The notes under the pieces: model-generated | Databases searched by the model: none | What the model was told of the DNA's origin: nothing | Seen by the model: the letters and a program-made list of their open reading frames with translations, nothing else | Source: an uncultured Pseudomonadota bacterium | Lineage (GTDB): Bacteria > Pseudomonadota > Alphaproteobacteria > Rs-D84 | Assembly: GCA_902784345.1 (NCBI GenBank) | Contig: CACZUD010000002.1 | Coordinates: 158,183-222,182, forward strand | Reading direction: 5' to 3' | Length of the DNA stretch: 64,000 bases | Part shown: one piece after another, positions 1-11,716 of the stretch | How the letters are laid out: each line of letters starts with the position of its first letter | How positions within the stretch are numbered: the stretch's first letter is position 1 | Program-made: the position numbers and the translations under genes

Positions 1-1211
1 TTGGCGGCTTTTTCTGCAGTATCACAAACGAAGAACAAAGAAGAATTATCTCCTGCAATTTCACGCAGTTTTGCAATTCTGTCTGCATCTAATTTCTTTG
101 CAACAGGTCCTTTGGCTTCATCTGCAAAAACGATATAGCCCAATCCACCAAGTCCTAATTCTTTAACTGCGTATTCACCCAATTTATCGAACCAGGAACG
201 CGGCTTGTCTGCAGAATTTGGCGCAGGTATTGCACGAACCACAGATCCGTTTTCGACAGCATTTGCAAAAATTCCAAAATCAGATCCACGGAATATTTCA
301 CTTACATCAGATATTAAAATAGGATTACGCAAATCTGGTTTATCGCTTCCGTATTTTAACATTGCTTCATCGAATGGAATATGTGGAATTTCCGGTGCAA
401 CAACAGCATCTTTGACAAAAGTCTTGATAAGTTCTGGCATCAATTCATCGCCAACAGCCTGAATATCTTTTAAATCAACAAAAGACATCTCCAAATCTAA
501 TTGGTAAAATTCCAGCAATCTGTCCGCGCGCAAATCTTCATCACGAAAACAAGGTGCAATCTGGAAATATCTATCAAATCCAGAAATTTGAATTAATTGT
601 TTAAATTGTTGTGGTGCCTGTGGCAATGCATAAAACATGCCATGATGATTACGGCTTGGAACGATATAATCGCGGGCACCTTCTGGACTGGACACAGTCA
701 AAATAGGTGTTTGAAATTCTGAAAATCCCATATCCCACATTTTATCACGCAAGAATTTCATAACACGATTACGTGTCAAAATGTTATTATGCAAACTGTC
801 GCGACGCAAATCGATATAACGATATTTAAGGCGTAAATCTTCGGCCACAGTATCATCATCACCAAACACCTGGAAAGGCAGAACATCAGCATTTGTTAAA
901 ACTTCCCAGTTTTCAGATTTAATTTCAATATGTCCGGTTGGAATTTTGTCATTGATGGCTTCTTTATCACGCGCAACAACTGTACCAGTAATTTTTATAA
1001 CAGATTCAGGACGAACTTTTTCTAAATTTTCATCGCCCCCATCAAACACACACTGTGTTATTCCATAATTATCGCGCAAGTCCACGAACAAAAGCGAACC
1101 ATGATCGCGTTTACGATGAACCCAACCCGAAAGCGTAACTGTTTCGCCAACATTTTTTTCGTTTAATTCGCCACAGGTATGCGTTCTGTACTTTGATTTC
1201 AAAGAAAGCAT
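1..1211 (-). CDS. aspS: aspartate--tRNA ligase, N-terminal ~400 aa (gene continues beyond window start)
   Basis: Minus-strand translation from ATG at 1209-1211: [17 protein letters not shown]...[19 protein letters not shown]...FQLDLEMSF...QAPQQFKQL; class II AspRS anticodon-binding and catalytic motifs; no stop before coordinate 1. Confidence 0.9.
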   Translation of the reverse strand, partial: MLSLKSKYRTHTCGELNEKNVGETVTLSGWVHRKRDHGSLLFVDLRDNYGITQCVFDGGDENLEKVRPESVIKITGTVVARDKEAINDKIPTGHIEIKSENWEVLTNADVLPFQVFGDDDTVAEDLRLKYRYIDLRRDSLHNNILTRNRVMKFLRDKMWDMGFSEFQTPILTVSSPEGARDYIVPSRNHHGMFYALPQAPQQFKQLIQISGFDRYFQIAPCFRDEDLRADRLLEFYQLDLEMSFVDLKDIQAVGDELMPELIKTFVKDAVVAPEIPHIPFDEAMLKYGSDKPDLRNPILISDVSEIFRGSDFGIFANAVENGSVVRAIPAPNSADKPRSWFDKLGEYAVKELGLGGLGYIVFADEAKGPVAKKLDADRIAKLREIAGDNSSLFFVCDTAEKAA

Positions 1212-1394
1212 TTTTTACACCCTTTTATTTTTGTTTCGGTGTCGCATTTAGATTTTAGATTACGGCACCAATTCAAATCTTAAACACAGGGGCGCTAAGA
1301 TTTTTTCGCGCGGTGCCACCCTGCTTTTTTTACTTTATTTTGTTTCATAAATACTCCGCGGTTGTCAGTCGCATCAACACATTTATAAAACAAA

Positions 1395-1419
1395 CAAACG
1401 CAAAATAGATAATGCATTT
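1395..1419. repeat. 25-bp direct repeat copy 1 (caaacgcaaaatagataatGcattt) followed by degenerate tRNA-3'-end-like sequence
   Basis: Near-identical to 1521-1545, which abuts the 3' end of tRNA-Thr(GGT). Confidence 0.6.
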
Positions 1420-1520
1420 GCTTTGTGCCCGTTAGGCATCAGAAATGTATTAGATATTGCGGATTGTGATGTTTTTGTGATGGGAGTGTATTAAACATAC
1501 ACGACCTGAACAAAAACGAG

Positions 1521-1545
1521 CAAACGCAAAATAGATAATACATTT
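1521..1545. repeat. 25-bp direct repeat copy 2 (caaacgcaaaatagataatAcattt)
   Basis: 24/25 identical to 1395-1419. Confidence 0.6.
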
Positions 1546-1546
1546 C

Positions 1547-1620
1547 TGGTGCCCTAAGCAAGAATCGGACTTGCGACTCGTCCTTACCAAGGACGTGTTT
1601 TACCACTAGACTATTAGGGC
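1547..1620 (-). tRNA. tRNA-Thr (anticodon GGT)
   Basis: Revcomp GCCCTAATAGTCTAGTGGTAAAACACGTCCTTGGTAAGGACGAGTCGCAAGTCCGATTCTTGCTTAGGGCACCA; 7-bp acceptor, perfect CGTCC/GGACG anticodon stem, loop TTGGTAA, T-stem GCAAG/CTTGC, encoded CCA; D-stem has one mismatch. Confidence 0.7.
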
Positions 1621-1671
1621 AACTGCAAAATATTATAACTGCAAAGGGACAAAAATCAACATAAAAACAAA

Positions 1672-2358
1672 TTATCTTAACGCACGCAAAATTTCCTTGT
1701 GTTCATTGGATACCCGAAAAGATTCGCATGCTTTTTGAATTGCACGCAGGCGGGTCCATTCGTCAAGTTTTCCGCGCTGAAAATACGGCAAAATCTCATC
1801 AAATTGCTTGGCAATGGCGGTCGCAAAATACCACGCCCGCATCATATTGATATAGTATTCTTTGCTTTTTATATTCGCCACCATATCAGTATATTTTATA
1901 TCAAATTCGCTATCCAACCAATATTGCATAAGTGTTTTTATGGCAAACCGCACAGTATAAACATCTTTTGACCTTATCCATTTACGAACATATTTTTCTA
2001 CAACACCAAGGTTTTTATTGAACACACGTGGGGACATTTGGTCGCAAGTCGCCCAATTATTAACAAAAGGCAAAAATCGTTCTATCTCCTTAAGCACCAT
2101 ATCAAAATCACGAATTTCAGAAAGAATAAACGCATGCAATTGGTTTTCTTCGAAATATTTATGTGGCAAATACGAAATAAAATCTTTATATTGTCCGGAC
2201 TTTACCATATCTTTCGCAATTTTACGCAGTTGCGGTGTCCGCACCCCTATAAAACAATCACGCGAAACATTTGGAATTAACTTCGCACTAAAATCGCCGT
2301 ATACGGTATCCTGCAAGGCATACAGAGATTTTACAATATCGTTTTTCATTTCTTCCAT
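1672..2358 (-). CDS. DNA alkylation repair protein (AlkD-like HEAT-repeat DNA glycosylase family)
   Basis: 228 aa; IGVRTPQLRKIAK and NNWATCDQ resemble AlkD LGIRTPVLRKL / DNWDLVD motifs; typical ~230 aa. Confidence 0.6.
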   Translation of the reverse strand: MEEMKNDIVKSLYALQDTVYGDFSAKLIPNVSRDCFIGVRTPQLRKIAKDMVKSGQYKDFISYLPHKYFEENQLHAFILSEIRDFDMVLKEIERFLPFVNNWATCDQMSPRVFNKNLGVVEKYVRKWIRSKDVYTVRFAIKTLMQYWLDSEFDIKYTDMVANIKSKEYYINMMRAWYFATAIAKQFDEILPYFQRGKLDEWTRLRAIQKACESFRVSNEHKEILRALR

Positions 2359-2597
2359 CTTTTCAATGCGGGATATACATTTTCACAAAATTGCCGCATT
2401 TGTTCAGGTGTCATACCGGCCTGATCCGAAAAAGGAATCATTTTTTCGATGTATTCTTGCATTGTGCATTTATCGACAAATTCACCATCTTTATAACAGT
2501 AAATACAATAATCAGGATTCTTGGAACCGTCTTTATTTGTTCCCCACAATTTTTCATCATCTATTGGCATTGCACAACTTTGACATATACGAGACAT
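2346..2597 (-). CDS. zinc-ribbon domain protein (Zn_ribbon_2-like, CxxC...CxxC)
   Basis: MSRICQSCAMPI...NKDGSKNPDYCIYCYKDGEF...ALKRWKK. Start moved to the internal ATG at 2595-2597, which is preceded by AAGGAG 7 nt upstream; the ORF track extends to 2630. Confidence 0.65.
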   Translation of the reverse strand: MSRICQSCAMPIDDEKLWGTNKDGSKNPDYCIYCYKDGEFVDKCTMQEYIEKMIPFSDQAGMTPEQMRQFCENVYPALKRWKK

Positions 2598-2642
2598 AGC
2601 AAACTCCTTTTTTCTGATTATAGTATACACAAGAAAGAAAAA

Positions 2643-2974
2643 ACAAGCACTATGGCGAAGGGATTGTTCCGCTACGCTTCACTCCCTTGCAAAATTTGCC
2701 TGACGGCAAACCGGCGTTATTCCGCCTTTTTGCTGCGGGTCGGACCCCATTGCCGGTGTCCAAATCCCCAATACCAAAAATTAAACCCCGAATAAATCGG
2801 GGTTGAATTTTTGGTAGCGGCGAAGGGATTCACTCGATACTTCGTATCTGCGTGGCAACCGTTACGATTTTGGCGCGTTAACACTTCCAAAATCTACTTG
2901 TTGTCGGACCAGGGGTCCTCATCTTTCGCGACTAAACCAAAATAAAAAACGACCACAAGGGTCGTTTGTTATTT
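2643..2974. repeat. two diverged tandem ~165-bp units, each ending in hairpin+T-run+ttggtagcggcgaagggattc (copy of tRNA-Met 3' end); third partial copy ggcgaagggattg at 2651-2663
   Basis: 21-bp exact repeats at 2810-2830 and 2974-2994; both intervals (~145 bp) share gtcggacc and aaaccaaaa-hairpin blocks. Confidence 0.6.
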
Positions 2975-3050
2975 TGGTAGCGGCGAAGGGATTCGGACCC
3001 CTGACCAAAGGATTATGATTCCTCTGCTCTACCACTGAGCTACGCCGCCA
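2975..3050 (-). tRNA. tRNA-Met (anticodon CAT; elongator or Ile2-type not distinguishable)
   Basis: Revcomp GGCGGCGTAGCTCAGTGGTAGAGCAGAGGAATCATAATCCTTTGGTCAGGGGTCCGAATCCCTTCGCCGCTACCA; cloverleaf with 3 G-U pairs; anticodon loop ATCATAA. Confidence 0.6.
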
Positions 3051-3141
3051 GCATTGCTGCATTATAACAGACTTTTTTAAGTTTGCAACAAGATTTCATC
3101 CTTATTTATTTCAGATTTATTTTCACACTAAAATATGACTT

Positions 3142-3717
3142 ATGAAAAAAATATTTATTCCTTTATTTATATTATTTTTGTCTTTGCCCGCGATAGCGAA
3201 CGAATACTTTTTACCAGAAAACAAGACTTTCATGGGAACATATCAAAACCAAGTTGGCTTTGGTATTGGTCAGGGTTTTGATACAGGCTGGATTTTGCCG
3301 CCACCGACAAGACCTGTGCCTTTTTATATTGGAACATTTACATATTCACAACCAACAACTTTTTTTAGGGTTTCTGCGCGTCGTTCTATAAACATATCTG
3401 AAACATTGGGACTTGATAAAAAATATGGATGGAAATGGCAAGATTATACAATCCCTATGATTTATTTAACCGAAGATATATTGTTGCTTGATTGCAACGA
3501 TTTTTATGTTGCGACAGGTGCAGGGCTTGGTTTACAAGCACAAGAAAATGAACGCCTTGGTGCAAAGTTGATATTTCAATTCAAGGTAACGTTTGGCTAT
3601 CATATTAACGAACGATGGTCGACAGAATTCTTTGTTCAACATTTTTCCAATGCCAACACCGCAGATGAAAATCATTCTTACGCTTTCTATGGTCTTGGCT
3701 TTACGTATAATTATTAA
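3142..3717 (+). CDS. PagL-like lipid A 3-O-deacylase / outer-membrane acyloxyacyl hydrolase
   Basis: 191 aa, signal peptide MKKIFIPLFILFLSLPAIA; C-terminal VQHFSNANTADENHSYAFYGLGFTYNY resembles the PagL H-x-S-N ... E-S-Y catalytic region. Confidence 0.55.
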   Translation: MKKIFIPLFILFLSLPAIANEYFLPENKTFMGTYQNQVGFGIGQGFDTGWILPPPTRPVPFYIGTFTYSQPTTFFRVSARRSINISETLGLDKKYGWKWQDYTIPMIYLTEDILLLDCNDFYVATGAGLGLQAQENERLGAKLIFQFKVTFGYHINERWSTEFFVQHFSNANTADENHSYAFYGLGFTYNY

Positions 3718-3718
3718 A

Positions 3719-4384
3719 TTACCAATCTATTGGCTTTTCGCCATTTTGAATCAGATATTCATTCGCACGCGAAAAATGATGATTTCCAAAAAATCCCCGA
3801 TATGCAGAAAGTGGCGACGGATGTGCACTTTTCAAAATCAAATTATTTTGATTATCAACAAATTCTGCTTTTTTCTGTGCAAACGAACCCCAAAGCATAT
3901 AAACAACATTTTTACGATTGTCATTTACCGCCCTTATTACTGCGTCTGTAAATGTTTCCCACCCCTTACCAGAATGTGATGCTGCGATATGTGCCTGAAC
4001 AGTTAATGTAGAATTTAACAACAAAACGCCCTGACGCGCCCAAGCAGACAAATCACCGTTTGTAATACTTTTATGCCCGATATCAGATTCAATTTCTTTA
4101 TAAATATTCACTAAAGATGGTGGAAAATCAACGCCACTTTCTACAGAAAAACAAAGACCATGTGCTTGCCCTGGTTCATGATAAGGGTCTTGTCCAATAA
4201 TAACAACCTTGACATCTGAAAGCGGACACAAATTAAACGCATTAAAGATATTCTTTGGTTCTGGATATATTGTTTTCCCAGATAAATATTCGCCACGCAC
4301 AAAATCAGTCAACTTTTTAAAATAGTCTTTTTCAAATTCTGATGCTAAAACATCTTTCCAAGATTGTTCAATTTTCACATCCAT
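3719..4384 (-). CDS. ung: uracil-DNA glycosylase
   Basis: GQDPYHEPGQAHGLCFSV, LLLNSTLTV, HPSPLSAYRGFFG motifs. Confidence 0.95.
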   Translation of the reverse strand: MDVKIEQSWKDVLASEFEKDYFKKLTDFVRGEYLSGKTIYPEPKNIFNAFNLCPLSDVKVVIIGQDPYHEPGQAHGLCFSVESGVDFPPSLVNIYKEIESDIGHKSITNGDLSAWARQGVLLLNSTLTVQAHIAASHSGKGWETFTDAVIRAVNDNRKNVVYMLWGSFAQKKAEFVDNQNNLILKSAHPSPLSAYRGFFGNHHFSRANEYLIQNGEKPIDW

Positions 4385-4386
4385 TT

Positions 4387-5034
4387 TCAGACCTCTATCA
4401 ATTTATTTTGCAAGGACTTCCAAAGAACAACATCGATATAACCAATCGGTAAATTTGTTTCTTTGTGTAAATGTTCAAACATTTCATCACAAGATTTTTT
4501 TATATTTTCATCCAATTTCCCATTATCTATTTTTTTGTATAACACGCTGTTTCCGCCGTACAGAACGCCAAGACGTTGTATCCAAATATCATATTTCACA
4601 ACATTTTCACCCAGGTTGCGCGCCAAATGATTGGCCGTAATCTTTCCGATATGTGGCAATTTTTGCAGATAGTTTAATTTATCTTCCAACGACGAACATG
4701 TGTAATAATTGTCGCAAAAATCTTGTCTGTTATTCCAAATTTTACAAATCGCATTTATCTTGTTTTTATTATTAAAAATTTTTAACAAATCTTCGGCATT
4801 TGCTGGCATTTTCGACATAATAATTTTATGAATTTTTTTTGCTGTTTTTTGTGAAAAACCACCTGCCAAAATCACATAAGACACAGTACTTGCAAATTCA
4901 TCAGGATTTAATCGTGGTGGATTTGAAAGGATTTCACGAATCTCATCAAAAGATTTATCATCACTGTCTAATCCTTTTTCACGCAATTGCGCATCCAGAT
5001 TTTCAAACCAAGATTTTGAAAACATTTTATTCAT
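4387..5034 (-). CDS. HhH-GPD-like protein, possible DNA glycosylase
   Basis: LPHIGKITANHLARNLGENVVKYDIWIQRLG parallels LPGVGRKTANVVL...VDTHIFRVSNRLG of Nth-type glycosylases (HhH plus Asp); family assignment tentative. Confidence 0.45.
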   Translation of the reverse strand: MNKMFSKSWFENLDAQLREKGLDSDDKSFDEIREILSNPPRLNPDEFASTVSYVILAGGFSQKTAKKIHKIIMSKMPANAEDLLKIFNNKNKINAICKIWNNRQDFCDNYYTCSSLEDKLNYLQKLPHIGKITANHLARNLGENVVKYDIWIQRLGVLYGGNSVLYKKIDNGKLDENIKKSCDEMFEHLHKETNLPIGYIDVVLWKSLQNKLIEV

Positions 5035-5230
5035 TTGTTTTTTTGAATTGTGTTATCGCAGTATACAATGCGTTTTTATCATTTGATACATCAGAACCAA
5101 TTAATTTTTGTCTGATTTTTTCTTTTGCTTTGTTAAAATCTTGTGCAATTTTTTGCGCGTTCCTATCACGGTCCGATGTCGGATATTTTATAGTTATACC
5201 AAGATGACTTTTTATAAAATCGTCCGGCAT
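5027..5230 (-). CDS. small hypothetical protein (67 aa), 8-nt overlap with downstream gene
   Basis: ORF between gyrB and the HhH-GPD gene on the same strand; Lys-rich, no recognisable motif. Confidence 0.3.
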   Translation of the reverse strand: MPDDFIKSHLGITIKYPTSDRDRNAQKIAQDFNKAKEKIRQKLIGSDVSNDKNALYTAITQFKKTNE

Positions 5231-5246
5231 CTAACCCCTTTTGTTT

Positions 5247-7646
<2,400 letters not shown>

Positions 7647-7740
7647 TTAAAAATCCTTTCTTTTTGCTATGTAAAACATAGCAATTTATGATATAATTAT
7701 CAAGAGAAAACTAAGATTTTTAACACAAAAGAGGCAACAA

Positions 7741-8310
7741 ATGAAATTCAAATTATTATACTATGGCGACATACTGACAAACCCGAAAAAGCGGGCTCAA
7801 CACATTGCAGATATTCGCATGCAATTCCACCCACAGTTGAAAAAATTAGTAACCCTTCAGCCATGGAACAATTTAACCAAATTTATGATGCCAGATGCCA
7901 AGAAAAGCCCTATTATAACCCGTCATGTTGGCGGCATAGATTGGAACCCAATCATAACACCAAACCTGAAAATGATAGCAGAATTAGACATATTGTTAAT
8001 GCATCCTGAAATTGTGGGTGTTCCGCATTCTGATATAGACAACCGTGTTAAAACGATTTTGGACGGATTACGTTGTCCACAAAACGAACACGAAATTGGA
8101 CAAAATACACCTAAAGATATCGGACCAATTTACACATTACTGGACGACGACCATTTGGTTACAAAGTTAACTGTTAACACCAGCCATTTATTATCACCAA
8201 ATATCTTTCCGTGCAAAAAAGAATGCTCGCCAGATGCGGTCTTTATGTTAATAGACGTAAATGTACGCGTTACCGAAGGGACACTGGAAAACTTGCCATT
8301 TATGGTGTAA
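7741..8310 (+). CDS. hypothetical protein (189 aa)
   Basis: Clean ORF followed by intrinsic terminator; no family recognised by eye. Confidence 0.4.
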   Translation: MKFKLLYYGDILTNPKKRAQHIADIRMQFHPQLKKLVTLQPWNNLTKFMMPDAKKSPIITRHVGGIDWNPIITPNLKMIAELDILLMHPEIVGVPHSDIDNRVKTILDGLRCPQNEHEIGQNTPKDIGPIYTLLDDDHLVTKLTVNTSHLLSPNIFPCKKECSPDAVFMLIDVNVRVTEGTLENLPFMV

Positions 8311-8318
8311 AAATAATA

Positions 8319-8340
8319 ACGGCGCAGATGCGCCGTTTTT
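8319..8340 (+). terminator. bidirectional intrinsic terminator (acggcgcagatgcgccgt + T5) between convergent genes
   Basis: 8-bp GC stem, T-run. Confidence 0.6.
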
Positions 8341-9409
8341 ACATAAAGACCGAAGTTATTTGTTCTTGCATCTGGAACGTTCCCAAAACAACCCACCCAA
8401 TGATAATAGAAACAAGAATAATTCCGACACTGTTAAGAACACTTGAAATGCTTTCCATTTTACGAACAGATTCTTCCATATAATCATTTGCAATCTGATT
8501 AAGGTTTTTATCAAAATCGTTCATATCTGAGTAAATCATTAAATCGCCAATAATTTCTTCGTTTGGAAAATCTTTACCTGTCATCGCCAACGCGCTTCCC
8601 AGATTTTCACCATTAGCAATATAATGCAGTGTTTCTTCCAAAGTATCTGATAAATATCTGTTTCCTGAATCTGCCAATAAACGCATCGCATCTGGCACAG
8701 AAACACCCGCCGACACCATCGCAGCCAAAGACATCAACCAACTGACCGAAACTTGCAATTTATATGTGTTATACGGTGGAAATCTGTCAAAAAAGGTTCT
8801 GATTCTGCCCGTCCATATTGGTAATGACACCCAAATAAACGCAAACAAACCAACAAAAGTAATTGCTATACCATACCAATATTTGTTTGCAAAATCAGAC
8901 ACCCAAACCAGTGACGCTGCTGTTCCGCGCCAAACAACATCACTGCCTGCGGCTTCTGCCAATGGTGGCACAAGATAAATTCCAACCATAACAATTATTG
9001 CAACTGTTAAAGCGAACAAAAACAACGGGTACGCAACCGCAGACCACATTGCACGCTTTATACGATTTATTCCATTAACAACGCGACCAATATTTTCCAG
9101 TGATATTAACAAACTGCTTACATTACCAGAAGTCAACAAAAGTGTTTCTTCACTTGGTACCCAACCAGATGTCGCCTGGGCAAATGTCATACCACGTTCA
9201 AGATTCTTTTGAATTTCACGCATGGCAATCGCAAATGGTTCATTTGGTTTACGTCCATTATGCGATTCTATCATTTCAATACGATGCAACGCATCCATCA
9301 AAGTAAAATTATTACGCAAAAGCGATGCGATTTTACGCGAAACCGCCATACGTTTTTCAGTATCGGTTTTAAAAACTATTTTTGCATAAAGTAATTCCAG
9401 TTTATTCAT
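8339..9409 (-). CDS. GspF/PilC-family inner-membrane platform protein (TcpE/BfpE/R64-PilR-like size)
   Basis: 356 aa; cytoplasmic N-domain, three hydrophobic TM segments, duplicated T2SSF-like halves; follows the ATPase. Confidence 0.75.
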   Translation of the reverse strand: MNKLELLYAKIVFKTDTEKRMAVSRKIASLLRNNFTLMDALHRIEMIESHNGRKPNEPFAIAMREIQKNLERGMTFAQATSGWVPSEETLLLTSGNVSSLLISLENIGRVVNGINRIKRAMWSAVAYPLFLFALTVAIIVMVGIYLVPPLAEAAGSDVVWRGTAASLVWVSDFANKYWYGIAITFVGLFAFIWVSLPIWTGRIRTFFDRFPPYNTYKLQVSVSWLMSLAAMVSAGVSVPDAMRLLADSGNRYLSDTLEETLHYIANGENLGSALAMTGKDFPNEEIIGDLMIYSDMNDFDKNLNQIANDYMEESVRKMESISSVLNSVGIILVSIIIGWVVLGTFQMQEQITSVFM

Positions 9410-9413
9410 TATC

Positions 9414-11033
9414 TTAATACACCCATGGTCTGTCTAATAAACCAACCCAGCGTTCCAATTCATCAACACCGATTATTCCGCGCAACATTAATTCCGTAGC
9501 CGCTTCTTTCAATGTGCGCCCGTTCATTTTTTCCAACCAATACTTTGTTGCGCCTTCGGTATCGCCAGAAAGAGCCAAACTTAAAAATTCACTGTTCGTC
9601 ATTATAATTTCGCCCGCCTTGATACGACCAATAGTTCCAGAACCTTTACAATGTTCACACCCTGGTCCACGAACAAAAACCTGATTCAACCCCAAATCAC
9701 CAAATGCATCTTTGACACGATTATACGCACCATGATCATGATGATTAATTAATGGTTCACGACAATATGGACAAAGCTTTTTAAACAAACGCATAGACAC
9801 AAGACCGCGCATCATTGTTTCGTCTTTTAATTTGAAAGATTCGACACCCATATCCAATAAACGCGTCAGTGCACCCATTGCAGAATTCGCATGCAGTGTT
9901 GTCCAAACATTATGACCAGACAATGCGCCCTTTACAGTTAATTGCGCCGCAGACAGCGTTCTTATTTCGCCAACCATCAATGTATCAGGGTCGCTTCGCA
10001 ACGCAGCTGCCAATGCTTCTGTAAACTTTTCTTCTCTTTGTTCTTCATTAACCGCATTAACCACCGGCATTTGATGCGCACCAAAAATCTTTTGTTCCGC
10101 AGGATCTTCCACAGTAATAAGATTTATTTCATATCTTCTTTCTTTTAACATCAACGCCATATTACGAACTAATGTGGTTGATTTACCAGATGACGTAGGC
10201 CCCGCAACAATAACCAATCCTGTTGGCGCGGAACGCAATCTTAACAATAATTTTTGTTCGTATTCATTAAATTCTTGTTCTGTTTTGATACCTTCGCTTG
10301 GGTTATCGTAAAGCAGACGCATAACAACATATTGCGAACCGAACGCAATCGGATTGAATTGCATTCTAATGCCCAAAACACCAGCCGGCAAATAAAGATC
10401 TTTTGTCCCACGTAATGGTGTCCGACCATCTTTTTGTGCAGTTTGATATTCGTTTTGTGCATAACTGGAATTTGAAATATCAGCCGATGCAAATGCGGCC
10501 CTTACAAAAGATTCCCCCCACTGTGAATTATATTCCAGAACAGGTTGCATACTGCCATCAATACGGAAATAAATTGTTGTTTGATCTGCAACTTCAATAT
10601 GAACATCTGAAACTTTCTGCGCCGCGGCACGTGCGATTATATCGACAAAATCTTTTTGCATCTGATTATCATAATCGGCACGTGAATGAACTGTTCCGCC
10701 CAATCTTTCATCATTTGTTTTATAGATATTCGATATCAAGCCCAAATCTGAATAAAAAGGTTCTTTGATTGGGCGTTTTTTTTGATGTAACAAATCAAGG
10801 AAAGCCAGCACGCGTCCATCATAACGATGTGTTCGCGATATTATAATCTCGCCACCAGAAAAATACGCAATCAAACTCTGCGTATCTTTAGGCAAAGCCA
10901 ATTCTGATGTATACGCAGTTAACAAACGATTATTATTTGCAAACAAGTAATCGATAATATCTTTACTGTTCGCGTTTTCCAAACCGCTTGGTATAGATTG
11001 TTGATTTGAAAAAATATTTTCAGTGTTTGACAT
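9414..11033 (-). CDS. GspE/PilB-family secretion/pilus assembly ATPase
   Basis: 539 aa; Walker A GPTSSGKST, Asp box ITVEDPAE, Walker B DTLMVGEIR, His box VWTTLHANSA, tetracysteine CPYC...CEHC. Confidence 0.9.
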   Translation of the reverse strand: MSNTENIFSNQQSIPSGLENANSKDIIDYLFANNNRLLTAYTSELALPKDTQSLIAYFSGGEIIISRTHRYDGRVLAFLDLLHQKKRPIKEPFYSDLGLISNIYKTNDERLGGTVHSRADYDNQMQKDFVDIIARAAAQKVSDVHIEVADQTTIYFRIDGSMQPVLEYNSQWGESFVRAAFASADISNSSYAQNEYQTAQKDGRTPLRGTKDLYLPAGVLGIRMQFNPIAFGSQYVVMRLLYDNPSEGIKTEQEFNEYEQKLLLRLRSAPTGLVIVAGPTSSGKSTTLVRNMALMLKERRYEINLITVEDPAEQKIFGAHQMPVVNAVNEEQREEKFTEALAAALRSDPDTLMVGEIRTLSAAQLTVKGALSGHNVWTTLHANSAMGALTRLLDMGVESFKLKDETMMRGLVSMRLFKKLCPYCREPLINHHDHGAYNRVKDAFGDLGLNQVFVRGPGCEHCKGSGTIGRIKAGEIIMTNSEFLSLALSGDTEGATKYWLEKMNGRTLKEAATELMLRGIIGVDELERWVGLLDRPWVY

Positions 11034-11036
11034 TAT

Positions 11037-11705
11037 TTATTTTCCAATACTTAAACTTTCTATTTCACCATCTTTTTCAAAAATAATACCATCATTCAAA
11101 GAAATTGATTTAACAATATAACCATCTAATTCTTTACCAACAGCAATACGTCTGTTTTGACCAGTTGCAACATCTTCGATAGTCGCTTGTAATTGATTAC
11201 CCATACCAATAACATTTATCAATTTATATTTTTTATTAACATCTGTTTCAACTTTCTTTTCTGGTGCTTTTGCAACAGGTGCAGGTTCTTCATCCAGCGC
11301 AGCCATTTGACGTTTTAAATTTTCTGTTTGGATATCCAACTGGGTTTTTGCGGCTTCTAATTCGTGTTGTTGTTGTTCTGCGCGTCCCGAAAGAGTATCT
11401 AATTCCATTTGCAATTTAATTTTTTCTGCATTTAATCTTTCCAAATCTAAATCTAGTTGCGCACGTTCTTTTTCTAATTGTACAACAACCTTTTCCTGTT
11501 CCAGCATTGTTATTTTTTCAAACAACGAACCATTTTCATTATAATTAAGCAGCGCGTCTGCAGACATTTTGTCCGCAGAATCAAAATCAGATACACTTTC
11601 TTCAACAATTTCTTCTTCGACATAATCATCATACGCAAAAACCGACTGGTTTACACCAATCACAAACAAAGAAACTATCATTATCAAATTCAATTTTTTC
11701 AACAT
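11037..11705 (-). CDS. secreted coiled-coil protein (position of BfpU/TcpS/PilP in type IVb pilus operons)
   Basis: Signal peptide MLKKLNLIMIVSLFVIGVNQSVFA; ~80-aa heptad-rich segment LEKERAQLDLDLERLNAEKIKLQMELD; C-terminal beta-rich domain. Confidence 0.5.
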   Translation of the reverse strand: MLKKLNLIMIVSLFVIGVNQSVFAYDDYVEEEIVEESVSDFDSADKMSADALLNYNENGSLFEKITMLEQEKVVVQLEKERAQLDLDLERLNAEKIKLQMELDTLSGRAEQQQHELEAAKTQLDIQTENLKRQMAALDEEPAPVAKAPEKKVETDVNKKYKLINVIGMGNQLQATIEDVATGQNRRIAVGKELDGYIVKSISLNDGIIFEKDGEIESLSIGK

Positions 11706-11716
11706 TTTTTGCCCTT

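Noticed and set aside
8130-8396. 88-aa minus-strand ORF overlapping the 3' end of the 189-aa gene and the terminator
   Set aside because: Overlaps a clean ORF and a terminator hairpin; no motif.
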